Source: Pseudobacteriovorax sp.
Lineage (GTDB): Bacteria; Bdellovibrionota_B; Oligoflexia; Oligoflexales; Oligoflexaceae
DNA length: 15,707 nucleotides
Direction of reading: 5' to 3'
Assembly (NCBI GenBank): GCA_050293845.1
Contig: JBNKNM010000119.1
Span: 1 to 15,707, forward strand
Part shown: positions 9,104-15,707 of the stretch, piece by piece
How positions within the stretch are numbered: the first letter of the stretch is position 1
Layout of the letters: each line of letters starts with the position of its first letter
Made by a program: the position numbers and the translations under genes
Notes under the pieces: generated by a model
What the model saw: only the letters and a program-made list of their open reading frames with translations
Database searches by the model: none
Told to the model about the DNA's origin: nothing

Positions 9104-10921
9104 CTATAAATTAGAAAGAAAGGTCATCGTCCTCACAGTAAGGGGTCCATTGTAGGAGATTTCAGCCTCTAACACGGCATCGGGTTCTAACTCACTAGAA
9201 CTTAAAGACGCATCGTCCCAAAATATGGGTTGACTATCCTCATCGAATAGGACAATCACTGGCTTATCCACATAAACTGAGCTTGGTCCGTCATTACGAA
9301 CGTCTAGCAAGTATCTACCACTGTTTTCTCTAAGGTTTAGCAATGTGGTTGATGCATTTAGGGGTTTTAATGTGTCAATACCGAAGTTTCTTGTATGAAT
9401 AGTCGCTTTTACAGAATGAATTTGAGTTTGGTTGTTGGTTTCCGCTAACAAAAAGTATCCGAAGTCACCTTTGTCTAGGCAAGTTGGGTTGTTGAATCCA
9501 CTCCACTCATAAACTTTATTAGAATTAAGGTAAGTCTCTCCCGTTTCCAAAGTGTTTCCATTATTGTCAAGATAGGAGTAACGAATCTTAACCAGACATA
9601 CAGCTCCCATATTGGCGTCATGTTGGACTCTAATGACACCTTTGCTGTTTCCTTCAGAGCTTGGAGCTAGAAACAGAGGCGAAAGTATAAGGTTGTGGTC
9701 GTTTTCACTGGAGATCGAGACTTTTTTGACACCATTAACTACAACGGGAACGCTTGGTTTATCAGTATCATCATCGGGTACACTATCTTTGTTAAATTCG
9801 ATAGACCAGTCATTCAGCTTACCACTTACTAGGTTAATGGTGTCGCGAACGTAAAGCTTCCAATCACCGCGAGAATATTCGCCGATAAAGGCATCTAGGG
9901 ATTCATAAGTTTGAAAGTCGCCGGGAAAGCTGCCTACTAAGTTGCGTGCTCCAGCCTGATTTTTGTAGAGTACAACCTTGGTCCCCATAGGAGACTCTAG
10001 GATGAGTTCTAAATCTTCAACATAGCTGTGGCTGATATCAACGGAAACCCTTACGGTTTCTATTTTGTTCCAAATTTGACCGTTATTCTTTCTATGGAAG
10101 ATGCCGGCATTGTCACCATCTGGGATCGTTGCTGGTAAGTTCCTGGCGCGAACAGGCTGTTTCTCTTCAAGGTCCTCGTTAAAAAATGGGGATACAGAGT
10201 ATACCTTCTCAAGAGCCACAGCTCCATTTTCTCCGTTAAATTCTTCGCATCCACCTTCTACATGGATCGCAACAATATTACCGCTACTATCTAGTACAGG
10301 AGAGCCGGAGCTATTGGACTTTGTATCGATCTTATAATGGATGCGGTAGTCTGATATTCGAGTTAATTCACCCCCATGGATTTGCTTAGGCTCCCCATGG
10401 GGGTGTTGAATAATGACCAACTCCTCACTAGTGTGAAGACTTCTGAAATCTAAATTTAGGTGTCCGAATTGATCACCAGGCAGTTCTCCTGCATCATCGG
10501 CTGACAACTCCAATACAGCATAGTCAACTCCATTAATCCCATTTTCTATAACTTTAGATACCTGATAGTGTTTTACTTCGAGTAAAATACCATCGATATC
10601 TTTTTGATAATTAAAAGCAACCCTAAGATCGCTAGCAAGCACGCTGTCTAAACAGTGGCGAGCGGTTAAGAAGTGCTTTTTTGATATCAGCCCGCCGGTG
10701 CAAAAGTAATCATCATCATTGACCTTGCCTAAAGCGCCAATCGAATTTTGTATGGATTCTACCTCGGATCTATTTAATGCGAAAGAGCCATCATAGTCGG
10801 CTATCTCTTGTAGTTCATTACTGCCACAAATGGATTTGATCTTGGATTGTTCTTCAGATGAACATGCCTGCCAATGGCTTGCTAAGGCACCTAAAATTAA
10901 AAGTGAACCATATTTTTTCAT
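9104..10921 (-). CDS. Exported (probably lipoprotein) trypsin-like serine protease with a proprotein-convertase P-domain and C-terminal beta-rich domains, 605 aa
   Basis: Start reassigned from 10960 to 10921 on RBS CAGGAG and the signal peptide MKKYGSLLILGALASHWQA-C. Triad motifs CTGGLI..LTARHC (His), DYAVLEL (Asp) and DTKSNSSGSPV (Ser). P-domain motifs VDISHSYVEDLELILESPMGT and GDWKLYVRD...GKLNDWSIEF. Confidence 0.9.
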   Translation of the reverse strand: MKKYGSLLILGALASHWQACSSEEQSKIKSICGSNELQEIADYDGSFALNRSEVESIQNSIGALGKVNDDDYFCTGGLISKKHFLTARHCLDSVLASDLRVAFNYQKDIDGILLEVKHYQVSKVIENGINGVDYAVLELSADDAGELPGDQFGHLNLDFRSLHTSEELVIIQHPHGEPKQIHGGELTRISDYRIHYKIDTKSNSSGSPVLDSSGNIVAIHVEGGCEEFNGENGAVALEKVYSVSPFFNEDLEEKQPVRARNLPATIPDGDNAGIFHRKNNGQIWNKIETVRVSVDISHSYVEDLELILESPMGTKVVLYKNQAGARNLVGSFPGDFQTYESLDAFIGEYSRGDWKLYVRDTINLVSGKLNDWSIEFNKDSVPDDDTDKPSVPVVVNGVKKVSISSENDHNLILSPLFLAPSSEGNSKGVIRVQHDANMGAVCLVKIRYSYLDNNGNTLETGETYLNSNKVYEWSGFNNPTCLDKGDFGYFLLAETNNQTQIHSVKATIHTRNFGIDTLKPLNASTTLLNLRENSGRYLLDVRNDGPSSVYVDKPVIVLFDEDSQPIFWDDASLSSSELEPDAVLEAEISYNGPLTVRTMTFLSNL

Positions 10922-10975
10922 GTGAATCTCCTGCTTGGTCATTTCATACGCACAGTTCATTTGCCTGAGCTATTG

Positions 10976-10991
10976 AGCAAGTTTTATTCCA
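10976..10991 (-). promoter_or_regulatory. Sigma54 (RpoN) -24/-12 promoter for the protease-lipoprotein pair
   Basis: The minus strand reads TGGAATAAAACTTGCT, i.e. GG-N10-GC with a TTGCT -12 element, about 55 nt upstream of the ATG at 10921. Confidence 0.75.
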
Positions 10992-11059
10992 AAGAAAACC
11001 CCATAAATAAGCGTAAAATAGATTCGCATTTTACAAATTTTTGGCAGTCGCAATCTTTA

Positions 11060-11079
11060 ATTCCTAAAAAATTGGGAAT
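11060..11079. promoter_or_regulatory. Imperfect inverted repeat, candidate bEBP upstream activating sequence
   Basis: ATTCCTAA-AAAA-TTGGGAAT (7/8 arm match), centred about 70 and 80 bp from the two -24 elements. Confidence 0.45.
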
Positions 11080-11138
11080 CATGCTCAAAAACATGTGAAT
11101 CACTTTGTGAAAAACCACGCAAAATAGCCAATTTTAAG

Positions 11139-11154
11139 TGGAATGGAATTTGCT
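11139..11154 (+). promoter_or_regulatory. Sigma54 (RpoN) -24/-12 promoter for the VWA gene cluster
   Basis: TGGAATGGAATTTGCT, i.e. GG-N10-GC with a TTGCT -12 element, about 70 nt upstream of the ATG at 11223. Confidence 0.75.
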
Positions 11155-11222
11155 GTAAGGGGGAAGGCAAGGAAATAGCTCTCTAAATAATAGTTAAATA
11201 ACGGTTCCAAGAGGATGTGTAT

Positions 11223-12068
11223 ATGAAAACAAAAAATGTATTAGCGATTCTGTATGCCATAGCTGCACTATCAGCAAGCCCTCTTGTTGCGGCAACACAG
11301 GTAAAGTTTGCTACTGTCCTTATTGATAAATCAACATCGATGAATACTAAAAGAACGGTGAAGCCTGATACCCGATGCTTGGGGGCCAATGAACTGGCTG
11401 TTACTGTTGTCAGCAATTTCTTTCGCTACGGAGGAGAGGCAGTCAATGTAAAGGTTTTTGGTGATTACGGTGATCTGGAAAGTATTACGGGAGGCTTCAT
11501 CTACAATGAATACGACGCCATTTCAGCTATTACCCAGCACGAAGGATGTAGCTTGGCGCGGACTGCATTGGGGCAAGGGATTTGTCAAAGCGTCGATGAA
11601 ATTAGGCGCTATACTAGCGGTCAACTGTCTAGAGATGAATCCATAGCTATATTAGTTATGACCGATGGAAAAGAGAATGCAAGTCCTGCCAATGAATGTG
11701 GCAACGATACAAGTAGAGGAAATGAATGGCAGGATAAAGTTCGCTCAAAATTAAAAACAGAAGGTGATCCGATTGTTTTTAACTCCAATCTATTTCAAGG
11801 TAGCGTCGAAAAATCTTTGGGCTCGGGAATTCTTTTAGATCATGCGTTCATTTCATCTTTATCTAATTCGCAGGCCCTCTATGTAGGTAAATTTCAGAAG
11901 CCTAGTAATCCTAAATATAAGAAGCTAAACAACGGTCTAAGTTTAAAAATATACGATAACTACCCACTTCCGAAAACTGAACTATCAAAAATGTTTAAAG
12001 TCGGTAGAAAAATTATTAAACCAATAAAGCCGATAAAGCTGATAAAGCCGATTAAACCCATTGGTTGA
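11223..12068 (+). CDS. Secreted VWA (von Willebrand A, MIDAS) domain protein, paralogue 1, with a Lys-rich (IKP)n tail
   Basis: RBS GAGGA at 11211-11215 favours the ATG at 11223. Signal peptide ending ...PLVAA. MIDAS residues DKSTS, RTAL and MTDGKEN. Confidence 0.85.
   Translation: MKTKNVLAILYAIAALSASPLVAATQVKFATVLIDKSTSMNTKRTVKPDTRCLGANELAVTVVSNFFRYGGEAVNVKVFGDYGDLESITGGFIYNEYDAISAITQHEGCSLARTALGQGICQSVDEIRRYTSGQLSRDESIAILVMTDGKENASPANECGNDTSRGNEWQDKVRSKLKTEGDPIVFNSNLFQGSVEKSLGSGILLDHAFISSLSNSQALYVGKFQKPSNPKYKKLNNGLSLKIYDNYPLPKTELSKMFKVGRKIIKPIKPIKLIKPIKPIG
12015..12059 (+). repeat. Five imperfect 9-bp tandem repeats encoding IKP-IKP-IKL-IKP-IKP
   Basis: ATTAAACCA ATAAAGCCG ATAAAGCTG ATAAAGCCG ATTAAACCC. 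Confidence 0.9.
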
Positions 12069-12132
12069 GACGTTGAGTATTTCTAAGGTTTAGGAGTGCG
12101 AGACTCTAAATTATATTTTTCAGGAGGATAAA

Positions 12133-12945
12133 ATGTTTTCAATGAAACATGCTTTGATGGGGCTATTAGCTATTGGTGGATTAAGCTCTGTTTCCCAGGC
12201 GGCGGGTCCGCGATTTGCGAATATCATTATCGATCATTCTGCTTCTATGAACACCAAGAGAACTCAAGGGCCAGGGACTCGGTGCCGGGGTGCCCATGAA
12301 ATCGCTCTTGAATCTGCGCAAGAGTTCTTCCGGGCAGGTGGTGAAGCGGTGAATGTTTATGCCTTTGGTGCTGCAGGAGAGTTAGTCAGTCTTACCAATG
12401 GGTTTGAATCTGAACGTTACGATGTGTACTCAGCGATCACCGATCCTGAAAACCAGAAATGTAGAGCTGGCGCTACAGCATTGGCTCAAACGGTCTGTAA
12501 TACTATTGATGACCTTAGGCGATACGCAGCGACGCATAATATGCAAGATGGCGATAGCCTTGCCATGCTTATTATGACTGATGGCTACGAGAATGCCTCT
12601 CCACCATCTGAATGTGGCAATGACTCAAGCAGAAATCGTAACTGGAAAGAAAAAGTACAGGCGAAATTGACCTCTGAAGGTGATCAGGTCTTGTTTAATG
12701 CTGGTTTCTTCACGGGAAGTGTTGAATCATCAGGAAACTCACTTGTCACTCAAGATCATAAAGCTCTGGCGGATATGACTAAGATTAAAGCTTATAACAG
12801 TCAGGGTATTGCTATCGATGCTCCTGACAATAAGCCCCTACCGTATGATCAGATTGAAAACCTTTGGCCAGACATTAAGCCTGAGCCAACACAATGCAGC
12901 GATTGCGAACCAGATGATATTTTCTGTCAGGCAATTCACTGTTAA
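12133..12945 (+). CDS. Secreted VWA (MIDAS) domain protein, paralogue 2, with an acidic Cys-rich tail
   Basis: RBS CAGGAGG. Signal peptide ending ...SSVSQA. MIDAS residues DHSAS, ATAL and MTDGYEN. Colinear with paralogue 1 (SMNTKRT, GGEAVNV, ENASP..ECGND, GSVE, DN.PLP). Confidence 0.87.
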   Translation: MFSMKHALMGLLAIGGLSSVSQAAGPRFANIIIDHSASMNTKRTQGPGTRCRGAHEIALESAQEFFRAGGEAVNVYAFGAAGELVSLTNGFESERYDVYSAITDPENQKCRAGATALAQTVCNTIDDLRRYAATHNMQDGDSLAMLIMTDGYENASPPSECGNDSSRNRNWKEKVQAKLTSEGDQVLFNAGFFTGSVESSGNSLVTQDHKALADMTKIKAYNSQGIAIDAPDNKPLPYDQIENLWPDIKPEPTQCSDCEPDDIFCQAIHC

Positions 12946-12951
12946 CAAACG

Positions 12952-12976
12952 GCGGCCTTTCAATGGGAAGGGCCGC
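12952..12976 (+). terminator. GC-rich stem-loop after the VWA pair (terminator or mRNA-stabilising hairpin)
   Basis: GCGGCCTTTC-AATGG-GAAGGGCCGC forms a 10-bp stem with one G-U pair. No U-tract follows on the + strand. Confidence 0.5.
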
Positions 12977-13055
12977 AAAAGGACTAATCTTTAGGAAAGT
13001 CAATTTTTACTATAGAACATGGATGTCCTAGAAAACTACAACTCATCATTAGAAT

Positions 13056-14738
13056 ATGGAGCAAAAAGTGAATCGATACTTAATGGAAGCGTTGCTTGCT
13101 CTGTCCGTTATGACAAGCACTGCTGAAGCTAGAATTATCTTTGGAGCTACAATAACAGAGAACAGGAAAGCCTTTGTATTCCACCTGCAAAATATATACG
13201 ACTACGATGTGCAATGCTCTTTTTTTCTAATTGAAGCTGAGTATGTAGATTCCGCTGATAGCTCGACCTCATTTGGTGTACGTGACGTTTTTGTTCAGGA
13301 TGTTTTGATCCCGGAAGGGGAAACTGTAACATTCCTAGAGGCCGGTATAGAAATTATCCGCAAATTTGAAGAGCAAAATCGCAATGCGGTTATTCATAGA
13401 GTAATTGATGGTACTAGGGACTACAGTTGCAAAAGAGCAACTTGGAACCCCATAGTCTGGCAAAATACACCTACCGCTTTTGAAGGTTTATCCATAGGTC
13501 AGGAGATCAATCCGATCGTTTTCGATGCTACAGTAGAAGGTGCGGATGATTTGGAAATAGAATATACCGTTATAGACAACTCCTGTAGTTGGCTCACCCC
13601 GTCCGACACTCAACTCGCAGGGGTTGTTACAGAGGATGCGGAACCCTCTTGCCAGGTGACAATGGAAGCTATTGCGCCAAGTGTTTCCGAAATACAAGCT
13701 GTGCGGCAAACTTTTCAGTTTGCTGTCAATACCCTGCAATTTGAAGATGGTGAGCAAATCCTACCGATTAATCATGATTTTCGAACCTCGGCTATGACAG
13801 TGACTAACAATGGGTCAGCGGTTGTTGCAGGTACTGAAGGAGATACTCCAATCGTTGTTTTATCCTCACCTGATGGGGCAGTGCAATGGAAAAGAGTTTT
13901 TAATTTCAAAGGTAGTGTCAAGACTGTGCAAATGCATCCATCCCATAGCGATATGGTTTTAGTAGCAGGTAGTCGTGGTCAAAACGCAATGGTTTACGCT
14001 CTAGATATTCGCAATGGCAGTACACTTTGGAGTTTTTTTAAAAATAAAGAATCGGGTGAAAGGAAGCTAGAAGGTACAGGTCTTATTCCTCTGGCTAATG
14101 GAAACACAGTTGTTTCCATCGTCAGTAACAAAAATATTGAGCTAGTTAAATTAGATAGCTTTGGTAATCAACTTAGCTTGCGAACTTTAACAGGGCAAGA
14201 TCGAGCCTCACTGTCTTCAGATGAGCAAGGAACAATCTACCTAGCGACTCAAAATAGCCAAGAACAGCCATTGGTTTATGCTTTTGGGGTAAATCTATCT
14301 CAAAAATGGTCTCAGAAAATTGCCGGGACTAGCGGGTATACGAAAGATATTGCCTATGTACCCGGCTTAAATAGCGTCGCTGTTTTGATGCGAACAGATA
14401 GCGTCAAGTCGATAATTTACCTGATAGGATCTCAGGGATCTACAGCGCGGACCCACTTCCGTTCGGACTATTTCAATCTCGAATCAATTACGGCTTCAAA
14501 AACTGATGATAGTGAGATTTATGGAGTTGGAGAAAAACGATCCCTATTCAACCTCGAAGGAGTTCTTGTCAATATCAATCGCAATGGTCATGACGATCTA
14601 ATAGGAACCCAAGGCCAGGGGAATGATACTAGTTTGGTAGATGTGTGTGCTACAGGTCTAGGGGCTATAGCCGCGGGATACACCTTTGAGACCTTCGGGA
14701 CGCGATATCAATCTCTTATTCTTAGAAATTCATTTTAA
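13056..14738 (+). CDS. Secreted multidomain protein: beta-sandwich N-domain, Ig-like middle domain and C-terminal beta-propeller-like repeats; start may be the GTG at 13068
   Basis: Signal peptide ending ...TSTAEA. Middle segment SCSWLT...LAGVV...SCQVTMEA...QTFQFAV resembles putative-Ig domains. Recurring GAVQWKRVF, GSTLWSF and LSQKWSQKI resemble propeller blades. Confidence 0.7.
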   Translation: MEQKVNRYLMEALLALSVMTSTAEARIIFGATITENRKAFVFHLQNIYDYDVQCSFFLIEAEYVDSADSSTSFGVRDVFVQDVLIPEGETVTFLEAGIEIIRKFEEQNRNAVIHRVIDGTRDYSCKRATWNPIVWQNTPTAFEGLSIGQEINPIVFDATVEGADDLEIEYTVIDNSCSWLTPSDTQLAGVVTEDAEPSCQVTMEAIAPSVSEIQAVRQTFQFAVNTLQFEDGEQILPINHDFRTSAMTVTNNGSAVVAGTEGDTPIVVLSSPDGAVQWKRVFNFKGSVKTVQMHPSHSDMVLVAGSRGQNAMVYALDIRNGSTLWSFFKNKESGERKLEGTGLIPLANGNTVVSIVSNKNIELVKLDSFGNQLSLRTLTGQDRASLSSDEQGTIYLATQNSQEQPLVYAFGVNLSQKWSQKIAGTSGYTKDIAYVPGLNSVAVLMRTDSVKSIIYLIGSQGSTARTHFRSDYFNLESITASKTDDSEIYGVGEKRSLFNLEGVLVNINRNGHDDLIGTQGQGNDTSLVDVCATGLGAIAAGYTFETFGTRYQSLILRNSF

Positions 14739-14749
14739 GGAATTTACCA

Positions 14750-15707
14750 ATGAAAATGAATCATCTTTTATTAGCTTGTTTGAGTATGACTGGTGTGAGG
14801 GCCTATAGCGCACCTCTCCTAGATGGAAAAATTGGAATGCCCCCTCATCTGATTGGATCTGAGGTTTACGAGGCTTCTGAAAATAGCGATGATGGCGATA
14901 TATTCTACTATTACTCTGTACCAAATCAACTGAAAGTGACCCGTGATGACTTTACGGGGCAGGCCAGTTATAGTTGGCTGGAGCTTAGTAATGGTGAAGC
15001 TATTGTATCTATGACGATACAAATGTTTTTTGATCCCAAGCAGAACTTGGATATTCTAAAAGAGGTGAACCGGCAGCAAAGCAAGCTAGTTCGTTTTAAA
15101 CCGATCGAAATTTCTAATATAGCCTTGAATCAATTCTCCGACCCTTCGCTAATTAAGTACCATAACTTAGATATTAATACCGGTTCATCTTTGTCAACAT
15201 TCGCGCTAAACATACATTTGACTTCAGAGGGAGCAGCTCTGTGGCAGGAATTGTTGGGAATCGGGATTACCCTTACCAATGCCAACCTATCATTTGACGT
15301 TACATTTGCCGACCATGAAGGAGAAACTTTTACGCAGTCAAGGAATATTGCTTTGAGCCTTGAGTCCTTGCCTCAGACGAGTGGATGGGACCCCTTGCCC
15401 AATGTTATAAAAATCGCAAGTTTGAAAGGTGAATCTCTGTACTGGAGTCAGTATAAGAACTGTCGCAGTATATATGATGGTCAAATATTTCAAGGCCCAA
15501 CAGCTTCTGATTTAGAGCCTGGTGATGCATTGAATGGAGAAGAGAAGACAGTCTATCAAAAATCACTTAATTATGCTTATAACGCTTCTGTGGATGATCA
15601 AAATCTCGTTTGTGAACCAAAGTTTCAAAAATTTGCGGGACAGGATTGGTGGTCTGATTATGTTTTATCCAAAAATCTCTCTTGTCACAATATAAGTGAA
15701 TTAGAAG
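14750..15707 (+). CDS. Secreted hypothetical protein, 3'-truncated by the window edge (at least 319 aa); absent from the ORF track
   Basis: Hand translation: MKMNHLLLACLSMTGVRAYSAPLLDGKIG...YYYSVPNQLKV...LTSEGAALWQELLG...SKNLSCHNISELE with no stop to the window end. RBS TAAGGA overlaps the upstream stop. N-terminus is signal-peptide-like. Confidence 0.85.
   Translation, partial: MKMNHLLLACLSMTGVRAYSAPLLDGKIGMPPHLIGSEVYEASENSDDGDIFYYYSVPNQLKVTRDDFTGQASYSWLELSNGEAIVSMTIQMFFDPKQNLDILKEVNRQQSKLVRFKPIEISNIALNQFSDPSLIKYHNLDINTGSSLSTFALNIHLTSEGAALWQELLGIGITLTNANLSFDVTFADHEGETFTQSRNIALSLESLPQTSGWDPLPNVIKIASLKGESLYWSQYKNCRSIYDGQIFQGPTASDLEPGDALNGEEKTVYQKSLNYAYNASVDDQNLVCEPKFQKFAGQDWWSDYVLSKNLSCHNISELE

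Noticed and set aside
10922..10960. Longer protease start at 10960 given by the ORF track
   Set aside because: It has no RBS and sits at about the predicted TSS. The ATG at 10921 has CAGGAG upstream and gives a proper signal peptide.
12015..12059. Tandem repeat considered as a CRISPR array or phase-variation tract
   Set aside because: Units are 9 bp, in frame and spacer-less, so length changes would not shift the frame. No cas genes are present.
6994..15022. Short ORFs overlapping the bEBP, lipoprotein, protease, VWA and secreted genes, including 14730-14924 and 14819-15022 on the minus strand
   Set aside because: They overlap longer supported CDSs. The last two are antisense to the 14750 ORF.

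Overview
AT-rich bacterial chromosomal window (gene content suggests Bdellovibrionota/Oligoflexia; this is inference only) with two parts. (1) 1-5600 is the 3' end of a chemotaxis operon: partial cheW, a HAMP-less MCP ending in an NWETF-like pentapeptide (NWEKL), cheR, a CheD-REC-CheB fusion and a single-domain response regulator. (2) 6366-15707 holds a sensor-less sigma54 activator (bEBP) next to a divergent cluster of exported proteins. Leftward are a lipoprotein-type trypsin-like protease with a P-domain and a repeat-containing lipoprotein. Rightward are two tandem secreted VWA/MIDAS paralogues with oppositely charged tails, a secreted Ig/beta-propeller-like protein and a further secreted ORF that runs off the window and is missing from the ORF track. 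The most notable signal is a pair of back-to-back sigma54 -24/-12 promoters (both TGGAAT-N5-TTGCT) with an imperfect palindrome near their midpoint, suggesting a co-regulated sigma54-dependent secreted/surface module. I saw no rRNA, tRNA, CRISPR array or mobile element.
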